DNA from: Candidatus Saccharimonadales bacterium | GTDB lineage: Bacteria; Patescibacteriota; Saccharimonadia; QS-5-54-17 | NCBI GenBank assembly: GCA_040903985.1 | Contig: JBBDUI010000002.1 | Location: 104,204 to 168,203 of the forward strand | DNA length: 64,000 nt | Reading direction: 5' to 3' | Shown: positions 45,828 through 56,728 of the stretch, piece after piece | Position numbering within the stretch: position 1 is the stretch's first letter | Layout of the letters: each line of letters starts with the position of its first letter | The notes under the pieces: model-generated | Told to the model about the DNA's origin: nothing | Databases searched by the model: none | The model's input: the letters and a program-made list of their open reading frames with translations, nothing else | Made by a program: the position numbers and the translations under genes

Positions 45828-47127
45828 GTTTTACCTCTGTATTTATCCGACCTTGATGTAATTGTATCACGAGAGAATCACCGACGCTGACTTGACCAAT
45901 AGAAGTAATCAGATCGGTGTCGTGGCGCACTAATGCATATCCCCGCTTCAGCGCCGCTCGCGGGTCGAAACTCTGCAAGGTACGCAGTAGTGCCAATCGC
46001 AGCTGACGTTGCTGCTCTAACTGACGTTGGTAGTTAGCACTCAGCTCCGAGCTATAACGCAAGGTCTCCTCTCGTTTAGTACGTATACTCGCCTGATAGT
46101 TGTCGACTGCTCGACCCATGCGACTAAATACCTGCTCCACTTTCGCCTGTGGCAAAGTGGCCATCTGCTCCAGCCCCTTTAGGGCGCGCTGCAACTGGTG
46201 GGCAGTCTGCCCCAGCAACAACTGCTGATGCTGCTCCAGCTGTTGCTGGGCACGCTTAATCTGGGCTCGTACTTCCTCTCGGTCCGGCACTACTAGCCTT
46301 GCTGCATCGGTCGGGGTGGCTGCCCTAACGTCAGCCGCTAAATCAGCTAGCGAAGTATCAACCTCGTGTCCAACACCGACTACAATTGGCGTCCGGCTAC
46401 CAGCCACAGCTCGAGCCACCGACTCAGTATTAAAAGCAGCCAAGTCCTCTAAGCTACCACCACCCCGAGTTAAGACGAGAGTATCAACCGGTTCAGGTAG
46501 TTGATTGAAGTGATCGATAGCGGCCACAATCTGAGCCGGAGCGGCGGCACCCTGGACCTGAACATGCAGGGCCGTAACTTCCACCCCAACCCAACGATCA
46601 CGGAGGATGGTCAAAAAGTCCTGATAAGCGGCCGATTCTAGAGAGCTAATCAGGCCGATCGAGTTCGGATACACCGGCAACTCACGCTTTCGTTCGGCCG
46701 CAAACAGACCCTCGCTCTCTAGCTTCTGTCGCAGCAATTCAAAAGCTCGCTTGATGGCACCGGCGCCGGCCAACTCAAGACTGACAACGCTGATGCTCAG
46801 TCTACCCTTTTGCGTCACCTTAGGATTGGCGATAACCCGCACTTGCATGCCATCTTCTAGCGGCGTATCCATACGGCCCACCGGCAACATACAGTTGATG
46901 ATCGCAGTGTCATCTTTAAGATCGAAAAAAGCTAACCGTCCATTCCACACCTTAAAACCAGCTATCTCCCCTTCGATCTGTACTGACGGAAAGGTAAACT
47001 CGAGCGTCTCATTGAGAATCTCGACAAACTGGCTAACACTAAGCGTGTGCTGCATCGGTCGCCTGTTTAATGTAACGGTTATAAAAATAGAATCCAGCTG
47101 GGATGAGGAGAGCCTTAGTAGTAACAC
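45811..47127 (-). CDS. xseA: Exodeoxyribonuclease VII large subunit
   Basis: N-terminal OB fold (LSVSQFVEILNETLEFTFPSVQIEGEIAGFKV). The likely true start is the internal ATG near 47055 (MQHTLS). Hand re-translation here disagrees with the ORF track by one base (ctgg|gg junction at 47100/47101); the track coordinates are used. Confidence 0.8.
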   Translation of the reverse strand: MLLLRLSSSQLDSIFITVTLNRRPMQHTLSVSQFVEILNETLEFTFPSVQIEGEIAGFKVWNGRLAFFDLKDDTAIINCMLPVGRMDTPLEDGMQVRVIANPKVTQKGRLSISVVSLELAGAGAIKRAFELLRQKLESEGLFAAERKRELPVYPNSIGLISSLESAAYQDFLTILRDRWVGVEVTALHVQVQGAAAPAQIVAAIDHFNQLPEPVDTLVLTRGGGSLEDLAAFNTESVARAVAGSRTPIVVGVGHEVDTSLADLAADVRAATPTDAARLVVPDREEVRAQIKRAQQQLEQHQQLLLGQTAHQLQRALKGLEQMATLPQAKVEQVFSRMGRAVDNYQASIRTKREETLRYSSELSANYQRQLEQQRQLRLALLRTLQSFDPRAALKRGYALVRHDTDLITSIGQVSVGDSLVIQLHQGRINTEVKHVENT

Positions 47128-48064
47128 GGTAGAGTAAGGTGGCGGAGACGCTGATAGCTAGGGGCACACCGACCAGACTCAACACCGACACCATAGTCAA
47201 CTCATAAACACCGACATCACCCGGAATGATCGAGATTATGCCAGCTATATTAGCTACAGCGTAAGCGACGATGACGATACCCGGATTTAAGGTAAAGCCG
47301 AGAGCGATGAAGACAAGGTAGAACATCGTAACCTCACAGAGGTTACCTACCAGTGCCCACCAAAACGGTTGTCGCAGGTAGGCACGGCTCTGAACTACCT
47401 GATGTACACCGGCGTGGAACTCTTCTAATAAGCGGGCTATACGAGCAGTACCAATCAAATCTCGACCACGTCGGAATCGGCGAGCTAGTAGATCGATCAC
47501 TCGCTGCAAAAAGTGCGCCAGCCAGTCGAGACCACGGCGATCATAAATCACGTAACCGGCTGCCAGGCTAAACACTACTACTACCGAGATAATCAACACC
47601 ACGATTCGAATAGCGATACGGGCGATATCATGCCCAAAATAGAGTGCCCCTAGAGCTAACAGCAGCAAAAATATAAAGGTGATATAAATAGCGGCATAAT
47701 GAGCGATTTGGATGAAGGTAGTCTGACCAGCCGTAATTTTGTTTCGCTTCAGTGAGGCGGCCATGAGTGAAATACCCGAAGCACCGGCCGATGGCAAAAT
47801 AATGTTAGTAAAAGCCACCCCAAGTGATAAACCGTACAGCCGACCAACTTGCGGAGATGGGATGTCTATCACTTCCAGGGCCTTCTTATAAAACATAGCC
47901 CGGGAGAGAAAACTTACCATCTGGATCGGGATAATTAGTAGTAAGTATTGCCACTTTACTGACTTGATTAAGTGACCTGCCTGCTCCAGATCGCCCCAAA
48001 AGACATAAAGAAAGATGGTCAGCCCGGCTAGTCCGATTAAAGTTAAAATCTGTCTGGCTGACAT
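47039..48064 (-). CDS. UPF0104/lysylphosphatidylglycerol-synthase-TM-like (flippase-like) membrane protein
   Basis: 8 TM helices. Pattern typical of the family. Confidence 0.55.
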   Translation of the reverse strand: MSARQILTLIGLAGLTIFLYVFWGDLEQAGHLIKSVKWQYLLLIIPIQMVSFLSRAMFYKKALEVIDIPSPQVGRLYGLSLGVAFTNIILPSAGASGISLMAASLKRNKITAGQTTFIQIAHYAAIYITFIFLLLLALGALYFGHDIARIAIRIVVLIISVVVVFSLAAGYVIYDRRGLDWLAHFLQRVIDLLARRFRRGRDLIGTARIARLLEEFHAGVHQVVQSRAYLRQPFWWALVGNLCEVTMFYLVFIALGFTLNPGIVIVAYAVANIAGIISIIPGDVGVYELTMVSVLSLVGVPLAISVSATLLYRVTTKALLIPAGFYFYNRYIKQATDAAHA

Positions 48065-48211
48065 ATCTGGCGCTTCTCCTTCAGTAAGTAATCCACTGGC
48101 TCGCCCGTCTATTATATATGGTTCAAACTGGAAATGTTAACCATGCCCAGATTAGATCGTGGTTAAGGCCTAGGCCGCAGCCCCTTACCGGTCTGAGTCT
48201 AGCCCTGTACA

Positions 48212-49348
48212 ATGCATACTATGTTTATCGCCATTACCGGATCCAATCCTGAACTATCCCTAGCCGAGCTGGAGCGCATCTACACCCGCGTCACCCCCCA
48301 GAATAATGCTAGCGTTTGTTTCGACGGCGAGATCTGGCCCCACCTAGGCGGCACCAGTAAAATCGGTGAGATCATTACAACCCTAGACACTGTCGATCTA
48401 AGTAAGGTTATGTCCTACCTTGAGGCCGAACTACCCGATACTTTAGGCTTAAATACAACTAAATTCGATATCGGCCTCAGCTTTTATGGTAAGAGGGTAC
48501 GCAACTACCGCAGTCTCGTCTTCACCCTCAAGAAACAGTGGCGCCAGCGCGGACTTAAACCACGCTTCATCCTGGGTAAACAACAAGATCTCTCCAGTGC
48601 TCAGGTGATCCATAACCGCCTGACGGCAGCAGACAGTCACGAAATCATCATCAGCGCCGGCGCCGAGACGACAATCATTGCCCGTACCGTTTGGGTACAA
48701 GACATCGAACGCTACACCCTCCGTGATATGGAGCGACCTCGACGCGACCTAGAGGTCGGTATGCTACCGCCCAAACTAGCCCAAATCATGATCAACCTAG
48801 CCGGTGGCCACTACGTCTACGACTCCTTCTGCGGCAGTGGTGTCGTATTGCAGGAGGCCCTGCTAATGGGCAAACGAGCCGGTGGCTCTGACCTCGCATC
48901 AGTCATGGTAGAAAATGCTCGAGTGAACCTAGACTGGCTCAGTGATCGCTTCAATACGCCAGCACCAGAAGTGCTGAGTGTAGCCGATGCCCGTACCCTG
49001 ACCCTACCCGAGGGCGTAGATACTATCGTGACCGAAGGCTACCTCGGGCCGGGACAACACGGTTCTGCTACTCGTGAAGACCTAGTAGAACTAGCGGAGA
49101 GCTCTAGTCAACTAATGACAGTCACACTTAAAAACCTACAGCCGCAGCTGCCCTCAGGAGCAACCCTCTGTATCGCCCTTCCAGCCTGGGCCTACCGGAA
49201 TGAAGTTATTCTGCCACCTCTTATTGACACTGTGGAAAAGCTTGGCTATAATCGAATACGTTTGAACAGTGTATCCACGAATCAACTGCTCTACCTAAGA
49301 GACAGTCAGTACGTCGGACGCCAACTAATACTTCTGGAGAAGAAATGA
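48212..49348 (+). CDS. Putative RNA (m2G/m6A-type) methyltransferase with N-terminal THUMP-like region
   Basis: DSFCGSGVVLQEA (DxFxGxG) motif. C-terminal NPPY-like region not clearly seen. Confidence 0.55.
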   Translation: MHTMFIAITGSNPELSLAELERIYTRVTPQNNASVCFDGEIWPHLGGTSKIGEIITTLDTVDLSKVMSYLEAELPDTLGLNTTKFDIGLSFYGKRVRNYRSLVFTLKKQWRQRGLKPRFILGKQQDLSSAQVIHNRLTAADSHEIIISAGAETTIIARTVWVQDIERYTLRDMERPRRDLEVGMLPPKLAQIMINLAGGHYVYDSFCGSGVVLQEALLMGKRAGGSDLASVMVENARVNLDWLSDRFNTPAPEVLSVADARTLTLPEGVDTIVTEGYLGPGQHGSATREDLVELAESSSQLMTVTLKNLQPQLPSGATLCIALPAWAYRNEVILPPLIDTVEKLGYNRIRLNSVSTNQLLYLRDSQYVGRQLILLEKK

Positions 49349-49617
49349 GTAAGACTAAAGCAGGCGGTAGCGCTAAGAACCTCCATGATTCCCCCGGCCA
49401 AAGGCTAGGAGTTAAGCTATTTGCCGGGCAAACTGTTAAGGCCGGCGGCATTATCGTTCGTCAGCGTGGCATGAGCAAGATCGCCGGTGAAGGTACACGA
49501 CACGGCCGTGACTTTACCATTTACGCCATCCGTGATGGCAAAGTAGAGTTCGACAAAACGCGTATTAAGCGTTTCAGTGGACACCGCGTCCCACGTACCG
49601 TCGTTAAGGTCGTCTAA
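49345..49617 (+). CDS. rpmA: 50S ribosomal protein L27
   Basis: KAGGSAKN...GQRLGVKLFAGQTVKAGGIIVRQRG signature. ATGA overlap with upstream gene. Confidence 0.9.
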   Translation: MSKTKAGGSAKNLHDSPGQRLGVKLFAGQTVKAGGIIVRQRGMSKIAGEGTRHGRDFTIYAIRDGKVEFDKTRIKRFSGHRVPRTVVKVV

Positions 49618-49641
49618 ACAGCCACCCCTTATCACAATTAA

Positions 49642-49676
49642 AACAGCCCGTGTTCGAGACATGGGCTGTTTTAATG
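49642..49676 (+). terminator. Rho-independent terminator after rpmA
   Basis: cagcccgtg-ttcgaga-catgggctg followed by ttttaatg. Confidence 0.75.
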
Positions 49677-49683
49677 TCTTATC

Positions 49684-50112
49684 CTAGTTGATACCGAGAT
49701 GGTGCTTGATACGGGTAATGACGTCGGCTATGACTACTTGGGACTTAACCAAGTAGTCATCGGCACCTAACTCAACTGCTCTTTCTTTATCTGTATCCTG
49801 GCTTAGAGCAGTCAACATCACGATCTTAATCCCACTAGTTTCCGGTGTATTGTGCAATATATCGAGTACATCGAAACCGCTGATTTTTGGCATCATAACA
49901 TCGAGTAATATCAGGTCTGGCCGGTACTTAACCGCATCACTTAAGGCCGACTCACCGTTATCACAGTGGTATACATCAAAACCTTCGGCCTCAAGCCGCG
50001 CCTTATAAACATTAGCCAAGCCGGCGTCATCTTCAACCAGTAATATTTTTTTCTTCGGTGTTTCGTTCATTAGTATAATCCTAGCGCTTAATCCAGTGTT
50101 TGTACACCCCAC
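49684..50112 (-). CDS. Orphan response regulator, receiver domain only (paralog of 5075..5707)
   Basis: ILLVEDD...LILLDVMMPKISGFDVLDIL...LVKS. Shares the VMMPKISGFDVLDIL block with the other RR. Confidence 0.8.
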   Translation of the reverse strand: MGCTNTGLSARIILMNETPKKKILLVEDDAGLANVYKARLEAEGFDVYHCDNGESALSDAVKYRPDLILLDVMMPKISGFDVLDILHNTPETSGIKIVMLTALSQDTDKERAVELGADDYLVKSQVVIADVITRIKHHLGIN

Positions 50113-50201
50113 TCACCCCAGCCCACCCTAAGTCAGTTGCGATCGATATTTATCTAATTGCAATAGATTGTGGTCCCCGCCGGCCAGAGGGGAAAAAGTA
50201 G

Positions 50202-51869
50202 CTAGCGCTGGTCAGCTACGCTACGAGCGGCTTGAATAAGACCTCTAAACAGCGGATTTGGTGCCTCGGGCCGGGAAGAAAACTCAGGATGGAACTGGCT
50301 GGCGATAAAGAAGGGGTGCTCGGCTAGCTCGATCAGCTCAACAAGTTTACCGTCCGGCGAGGTCCCAGAAAACACCATACCGGCTGCCTCTAACTCCACC
50401 TTATAAGCGTTATTGAACTCGTAGCGATGACGATGACGCTCAGCTATAGTCAATCGGCCATACAACTTATGGGCCAGACTACCTTTCCCAAGCACACACT
50501 CCCAGTTACCCAGCCGCATTGTGCCGCCCTTATCCACCACTTCTTTCTGCTCATTCATTAGGCTGATTACTGGATCGGGGGTGTCACTATCGAACTCGAT
50601 CGAGTTAGCGTCTGTCTTGCCCTGCAGGCGCGCTAGTGCAATTACCGCCACCTGCATACCGAGACAGAGACCTAGGTAGGGTGTGCCCCGCTCGATAGCC
50701 CAAGTAGCGGCCTTAATCTTACCCTCTACCCCACGACTGCCGAAGCCACCCGGCACTATTATGCCGTCTAAGGCTTCAAAACGGCCTGGCGGCAATTCGA
50801 CTTCTAGTTCTTCGGAATCGATCCAGTCAATATCGACCCGCCGCTCTTCAGCCCAGCCCGCTGCCTTTAGCGCCTCGAACACACTCATATAGGTATCCTC
50901 GTGATCCATGTACTTCGCTACCACCCCGATGCGCACTTGGGGCAAACTCTTATCCATAGCGCGCTCTACCAGCTGGTGCCAGTTGCCTAAGTTCTCTTTC
51001 TTAGTTTTTAACTGTAGCCGATCGATGATAAAATCGGCCGTATCGCCCATCCGGAGTGGTACTTCGTACACACTCTCAACGGTCGGCACGACGCAAATAC
51101 CGCCTGCCTCTACGTCTGAATATAGGCTGAGCTTGTCCAGTACTGACTGAGTAGACTCCCGTTCGGAACGAGCTACCAGTACGTCGGGATTAATACCATA
51201 ACCCCGTAACGTCCGAACTGCATTCTGGGCTGGCTTCGTCTTCACCTCTTTACTAGCTTCGATAAATGGTAAGTAGACCACGTGTAGGTAGAGCACATTT
51301 TCAGCCCCTACCCGCTGCTTAAACTCTCGAATAGCCTCGAGAAAACTCTGACCCTCGTAGTCACCCACCGTACCACCGATCTCTACGAAGTGTACGTCAT
51401 ATCCTGCACCGGCAGCGGCTATAGCATCCTGAATGGCGTTAGTCACATGAGGGATAATCTGGACTGTCTTACCTAGGTACTTACCGGCTCGTTCATCGGC
51501 GATGACCTGGCTGAGAATCTTTCCGCTCATCAGCGAGCTAGACTGAGTCAGCTCCTGGTTCAAAAAACGCTCATAGTGACCGAGATCGAGATCGGCCTCC
51601 GCTCCATCTACAGTGACGAATACCTCGCCATGTTCAGCCGGATTCAAAGTACCGGCATCGGTGTTAAGATAGGGGTCACACTTCTGAATGTTTACTTTTA
51701 GGCCCCGACTTTTGAGAATCTTAGCCAGACTAGCCGCGGTGATACCCTTGCCCACGCCAGAAAGCACACCACCAGTTACAAAGATATATTTAGTCGTCTG
51801 TTTCAATTCCCTACTTCCCTCAAATATACCTCCTATACTATCATGTTGGCTGCCGGCTAGCGCAAGCAC
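50202..51869 (-). CDS. pyrG: CTP synthase
   Basis: KYIFVTGGVLSGVGKGI N-terminus. C-terminal GATase with the GLCLGMQ catalytic Cys. Confidence 0.9.
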   Translation of the reverse strand: MLALAGSQHDSIGGIFEGSRELKQTTKYIFVTGGVLSGVGKGITAASLAKILKSRGLKVNIQKCDPYLNTDAGTLNPAEHGEVFVTVDGAEADLDLGHYERFLNQELTQSSSLMSGKILSQVIADERAGKYLGKTVQIIPHVTNAIQDAIAAAGAGYDVHFVEIGGTVGDYEGQSFLEAIREFKQRVGAENVLYLHVVYLPFIEASKEVKTKPAQNAVRTLRGYGINPDVLVARSERESTQSVLDKLSLYSDVEAGGICVVPTVESVYEVPLRMGDTADFIIDRLQLKTKKENLGNWHQLVERAMDKSLPQVRIGVVAKYMDHEDTYMSVFEALKAAGWAEERRVDIDWIDSEELEVELPPGRFEALDGIIVPGGFGSRGVEGKIKAATWAIERGTPYLGLCLGMQVAVIALARLQGKTDANSIEFDSDTPDPVISLMNEQKEVVDKGGTMRLGNWECVLGKGSLAHKLYGRLTIAERHRHRYEFNNAYKVELEAAGMVFSGTSPDGKLVELIELAEHPFFIASQFHPEFSSRPEAPNPLFRGLIQAARSVADQR

Positions 51870-51943
51870 CTGAGCCTACTGTATACTCGATATAAGTCGC
51901 TTAAAATTCCCTCTAAGCCCGAAACTCGACAGCTCGCCCTGGT

Positions 51944-53158
51944 TTAACTCTCTAATAAAATCTCGAGTGCCCGGTCCAATTGCGGATCGTTCTCAGCCTC
52001 GAAGTCCTCGCTCGTCAGCTCTACTTCCTCATCCGGAGTGATGCCTTCTTTATTGATGTTTTCTCCTTCCGGTGTGTACCAATTGGCAATCGTCACGCGC
52101 AAGATGTCCCCGCCGCCGATTTGTAGTAACTGCTGAACGCTTCCTTTACCGAATGTCTGCTCCCCGATAACGGTCGCAACTCCCTGATCCTGCAGGGCAC
52201 CGGCGATAATCTCACTAGCACTAGCCGAACCACCGTTAACCAGCACTACTGTCGGCATGCCGATCAGCACTCCGCCGCTCTGAGCTCGTTCGGTGGCTAT
52301 CACCTTTTCCCCGCGGCGCTCCTCTACCACTACTGTACCTGCAGTGAGAAACTCACTCGTAATCGCTACCGCGACATCGAGATAGCCTCCAGGGTTATTA
52401 CGCACATCAAGGATAATACTTTCAGCCCCAGCCGCCTTCATCTTATGGGCTGCTTCACGAAACCGATCGGCAGAATCTTCACCGAAACGGACTAGTTCGA
52501 TATATGCGACATCACCCTCTAGCAGCTCACTCTCCACGCTGGGTATCTCGATCACGGCTCGAGTAAGTGTGATCTCTTCGAGTGATTGACCACTGCGAGC
52601 TATGGTCAAGACGACCTCTGTTCCCTCCTCACCCCTAATCTTCACTACTGCGTCATGGACGCTCATGCGAGTCGTATCTTCGCCGTCAATACCAACTATC
52701 ATATCACCGGCCCTCAAGCCCGCTTGAGCAGCCGGAGTACCGTCGAGGGGCGCTATCACCACCAACTGCTCTTGGCGTATACCAATCTCGGCACCGATAC
52801 CGCTGAATTCACCCTGCAGACTCTGTTCCAACTCATTCGCCGCTGCCTGGTTCAGGTATTCGCTAAAAGGATCGCCGCTGGCAGCCACTAATCCGGACTT
52901 CATGCCTTCAATCAGCTCGGTCTCACTTAACTCACCGGCATAGTTTTTCCGTAATAAATCGTAAACCCGCTCTACCGAATCGTAATTTAAGTCTTCCGGT
53001 AACTGTTGGTTCTCAGTCTCTAGATCAGTGAAACTCTGGCTCAACTGATCGAAGTTAGCACCGAAACCGAAGCCAAGCAGACCGACCAGAGCGGCGATCG
53101 TCAGTACCGAGCCAAGGCCAAAACGCGAATTATTAACTGCAGGTATAGGGTTTTCCAC
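51944..53158 (-). CDS. ctpA: Carboxyl-terminal processing protease (S41) with PDZ domain
   Basis: PDZ (GDMIVGIDGE). Catalytic region GGSASASEIIAGALQD. N-terminal TM. Confidence 0.85.
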   Translation of the reverse strand: MENPIPAVNNSRFGLGSVLTIAALVGLLGFGFGANFDQLSQSFTDLETENQQLPEDLNYDSVERVYDLLRKNYAGELSETELIEGMKSGLVAASGDPFSEYLNQAAANELEQSLQGEFSGIGAEIGIRQEQLVVIAPLDGTPAAQAGLRAGDMIVGIDGEDTTRMSVHDAVVKIRGEEGTEVVLTIARSGQSLEEITLTRAVIEIPSVESELLEGDVAYIELVRFGEDSADRFREAAHKMKAAGAESIILDVRNNPGGYLDVAVAITSEFLTAGTVVVEERRGEKVIATERAQSGGVLIGMPTVVLVNGGSASASEIIAGALQDQGVATVIGEQTFGKGSVQQLLQIGGGDILRVTIANWYTPEGENINKEGITPDEEVELTSEDFEAENDPQLDRALEILLES

Positions 53159-53183
53159 TAGGGATTATTGTAGCATAACCGAC

Positions 53184-54380
53184 TTAGTCGTGGATGAAGG
53201 ACCAGTCGTTTGAGTTATTGTAGATGTTGTAGTCGGCAAAATAACCGTTAAAGTCGGCGTTATACTCACTAACCCGGAAACTAGCACCGCCCCCGTACAC
53301 CTCTTCTACGATAGCGACATGGCCGTAATTACCGGAGTTAAGAACCGCTACTGCCCCAGGGGCAGGTGTGTTGTTGACGGTGTAGCCATCCCGCTGCGCG
53401 TAGCGACCTTGAACGTAGAATGACTGACCAGTTTCTGGATCGGTAAAAGTACCACTATTAGTCCAAAATCGAGCATGTGCGATGCCCTGGAAACCCCAGT
53501 TGGGCAGCGGACGGCCGATAGCATACCGCTCCCAAGCCGCATAAGAGGTACACTGTCGACTATAATAACCCCAGTTATCGACTCGGGAGTTCATCGGTAC
53601 TGGTGGCGCCCATTCAACCGGGTAGCCACCGTTCCCGACCGTTCCCGGAGTGATATTACCAGAGTTACCGGCCCGAGCTGCCGCGATAATGGCCGCCTGC
53701 TGAGCCTCAGCCTCTCCCAGACGCTGGCGCTGTTTGGCTACTAACTCTTGATAACGCGACTCTTCACCACGCGTCTGCTCAATCAAACGGCGCTGCTCAG
53801 CCTGACGATTAGCTAGTTGTCGCCGCTGTCCGTCTAGCTCACCGGACTTAAACTGCAGCTCGACTTCTTTCTCCTCCAAAGCCTGCTTAATCAGCACCGA
53901 CTCACGCGCTGCCTCGTTCAGGCTTTGCTTAACCTTGTCAAGATACTCCTGACGGTTAATGAAATCTGTGAAGTTTTCACTAGAAAAAAGCATCTCAAGC
54001 GTAGAGGGGTTACCCTGCTTGTATAACACCTTGATATTGGCTTGAATTAACTCTTTAGTCCGCTGCAGCTCGGACTCTTTCTGCTTGATATCGCTCTTAG
54101 TCTGTTTTATCTCTCGCTCAGTCCTGTTGATTTCGGCTTCGAGCTGGGCAGCCTCGGCGTTAAGTACCTCTAGCTTGTTCTGTAGGGTATCTTCCCGGTC
54201 ACGGAGTTGTCCGATTCTAGCTTCGGACTGATTAATCTCCCGGCTCAACCGGTTAATCTCCGATTGAATCTCGTTCATCGTCTGCGCTTCGGATACACGC
54301 GGCGAGAAACCAACCCACAGCACTAGAATTGCTAGGGCGAAAACGATGTTCTTGAGAGATATTCTTTTTAGGTTTGACAT
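53184..54380 (-). CDS. PcsB-like peptidoglycan hydrolase: signal peptide, long coiled coil, C-terminal CHAP domain
   Basis: Heptad-rich N-terminal half. CHAP Cys (YYSRQCTSYAAW) and His (GNYGHVAIVEEV). Confidence 0.75.
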   Translation of the reverse strand: MSNLKRISLKNIVFALAILVLWVGFSPRVSEAQTMNEIQSEINRLSREINQSEARIGQLRDREDTLQNKLEVLNAEAAQLEAEINRTEREIKQTKSDIKQKESELQRTKELIQANIKVLYKQGNPSTLEMLFSSENFTDFINRQEYLDKVKQSLNEAARESVLIKQALEEKEVELQFKSGELDGQRRQLANRQAEQRRLIEQTRGEESRYQELVAKQRQRLGEAEAQQAAIIAAARAGNSGNITPGTVGNGGYPVEWAPPVPMNSRVDNWGYYSRQCTSYAAWERYAIGRPLPNWGFQGIAHARFWTNSGTFTDPETGQSFYVQGRYAQRDGYTVNNTPAPGAVAVLNSGNYGHVAIVEEVYGGGASFRVSEYNADFNGYFADYNIYNNSNDWSFIHD

Positions 54381-54457
54381 GTTTGTGTTTAGGTTAGTAC
54401 TACTACTTAAAACACTACTTCAAAATAGTATAATTGTCAAGCTGCTTATGTTTGCGA

Positions 54458-55648
54458 CTAAAAGTAGATGTAAGTCAGCCCGGAAGCCGGAATATCACGT
54501 ACCGAGTACTTACCGGGCAGAAAGTTGTACTCGCTGATCCGAATCATGCCGTTGCCCAAGATCTTCTCCACATACATCGAGTGGCCGTACACTCCGATGT
54601 TAGCAATCGCGACTGCTCCTTCACGTGGCGCACTACCGCTAGGGATACCGTGGCGCGCCGCCGTAGAAGGCCACTGGTTGGCATGGCCAGCACCAGCAAA
54701 ATGAGGCACGTAGCGACCAGTACTAGACACCTTCCAGGCCGTATAGCTAACGCACTCTCGGAAGTAGAGCCCCCACGGATCGACACAGTTACTGCTCCAG
54801 CAAGGATAGGGACCACTAGACCAGGGATAGTTACCACCCCCACTAGATACAAACTGGCCACTGCTCTGTGCAGCGGCAGCGGCAGCGGCATAAGCCGCTC
54901 GTTGCTGCTCCTCTAGGCGCTCTTTCTCCTGCTCCTGTGAGCGCACTAAGTTCTGGTAACGCTTCTCCTCGCCCCGGGTCTCATTTACTAAGCTCTGCTG
55001 TGTCTCCCTCTTAACATCTAGTTGCTCTTTCTGGCCGCTCAACCGGTTAGACTTAACCGTTAAATCGGCCTCTCTGACTTCTAGCTCTCCCTTCAGCCGC
55101 ACTGTCTCAGCGGCGGCTTCGTTCAGGCTGTCCTTCACACTATCTAGATACTCCTGACGGCTGACAAAATCAGAAAAGTTCTCGCTGGAGAACAGAAGCT
55201 CTAAGGTGGAGGGATCTCCCTGCTTATAAAGCTGCTTCACATTCTGCTGGATAAGCTCCTTAGCCCGAGCTAGATCTGCTTCCATCTGTTTGATCTCGGT
55301 TTGAGTCTGACTAATCTCATCAGCAGTTAGATCGATTTGGTCTTGAGTCTGGCGGATTTCAGCTTGGAGTATGGCTAGCTTATTCTCCAGGGTGTCGGCC
55401 CGGCTTCGTAGCTCATTGGCGGCGCGTTTCGAGCGCTCGATTTCGGCATTTTTAGCTTCGATCTGGCGTTGCAGTTCCCCGGCGCTCTGACTGAGCACTG
55501 GCTGGGGCAGTACGCCCAGCAACAGCACGATGACGCTTAGGCCAAGAACCAGTTTTTTATAAATTACAGTTTTCTTACCATCATAATTACGCTTCAACAT
55601 ATGTAGATATACCCCAGCTATTACATAGACCCTTGTGATGTGTGTCAC
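54458..55648 (-). CDS. PcsB-like peptidoglycan hydrolase paralog (coiled coil plus CHAP)
   Basis: Same architecture. CHAP Cys (YFRECVSYTAWK) and His (GVYGHSMYVEKI). Confidence 0.75.
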   Translation of the reverse strand: MTHITRVYVIAGVYLHMLKRNYDGKKTVIYKKLVLGLSVIVLLLGVLPQPVLSQSAGELQRQIEAKNAEIERSKRAANELRSRADTLENKLAILQAEIRQTQDQIDLTADEISQTQTEIKQMEADLARAKELIQQNVKQLYKQGDPSTLELLFSSENFSDFVSRQEYLDSVKDSLNEAAAETVRLKGELEVREADLTVKSNRLSGQKEQLDVKRETQQSLVNETRGEEKRYQNLVRSQEQEKERLEEQQRAAYAAAAAAAQSSGQFVSSGGGNYPWSSGPYPCWSSNCVDPWGLYFRECVSYTAWKVSSTGRYVPHFAGAGHANQWPSTAARHGIPSGSAPREGAVAIANIGVYGHSMYVEKILGNGMIRISEYNFLPGKYSVRDIPASGLTYIYF

Positions 55649-55801
55649 AACACAAGCCTAGGCATACTAGCACGGCTAGTTGAGCCACTCAACCCGATAA
55701 GTCTGGCTTGAAAACAGCAAGAAGAGTTAGATCTTATCTGTAAAATTTTCGACACTTAAATCACTCTTAACCCCGAAACGTAACTTAAGTAACTTGTGAG
55801 T

Positions 55802-56728
55802 TCAGAGGTTCAGATAGCGTATCATCGCCATCATACTGGAGATGACCCCTAGCAAGATACCGGCACAAATCGTAACGAAAACGACTAGTGGCCACATTCC
55901 GGTGAAGAATGACAAGGTAGAGTCGAAGTTGACGAAATCGACCAAGCGCGGGGCTCCTTTGAGCAGGGCTGTATAGAGTACACCTAAGCTGATCGCGGCC
56001 GCGATGATACCGTCTAGCATCGACTCAAATAGAAACGGACCACGAATGAAACCGTTAGTCGCCCCCACTAGGCGCATGATACCAATCTCTTCCGAACGGG
56101 CAAAAATGGCCATGCGGATGGTGTTAAAGATAATTAAGATCGAGATACTGGCAAAGAGCAGGCTGGCCACCACACCGAAGCTGATTAAAAACTGGCGGGT
56201 GTCAGCGATACGTGCAATAGTACGGCGACGGTCCTCACCTAATGAAGTGTCTTCGATAATCGGCACGAACCGTTCATCCTGAGAAAGTAAGATAATCTCA
56301 TCTATCTCATTAAGATCGTAAACTTGGATTTCTAGACTGGTCGGAAGAGGATTCTCCGTCTCTGTCACTGCCTCTAGAATATCGGTGTTATCAGCGTTAT
56401 CCGCTTGGTAGCGCTCTAACGCCTCGGCCTTAGAAACGTAGTGCGTATCGGCTACGTTAGCGAGACTCTCTAGCTCAGTCTGGAGCTGCTGCACCGTCTC
56501 TAGTGGCGCACTATCATCAAAAAATAGAGCGATGTCGATCGACTCCGTCACCTGATCTAACGTATCGCCTAACGCCATATTAAAAACGACAGCTCCCAGC
56601 ATAATGGTTAATGTAATCACCATCACGGCTGTCGCCGCTACGCTCAACCACGCATTACGGAAGAAGTTGCGCGTACCGGCCAGTACAATGCGCCACAGGA
56701 CTAGTAGGCGGCGGATCCAGACCGTCAT
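55802..56728 (-). CDS. ftsX: Cell division permease FtsX
   Basis: 4 TM with large periplasmic loop. Follows ftsE with a 4-nt overlap. Confidence 0.85.
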   Translation of the reverse strand: MTVWIRRLLVLWRIVLAGTRNFFRNAWLSVAATAVMVITLTIMLGAVVFNMALGDTLDQVTESIDIALFFDDSAPLETVQQLQTELESLANVADTHYVSKAEALERYQADNADNTDILEAVTETENPLPTSLEIQVYDLNEIDEIILLSQDERFVPIIEDTSLGEDRRRTIARIADTRQFLISFGVVASLLFASISILIIFNTIRMAIFARSEEIGIMRLVGATNGFIRGPFLFESMLDGIIAAAISLGVLYTALLKGAPRLVDFVNFDSTLSFFTGMWPLVVFVTICAGILLGVISSMMAMIRYLNL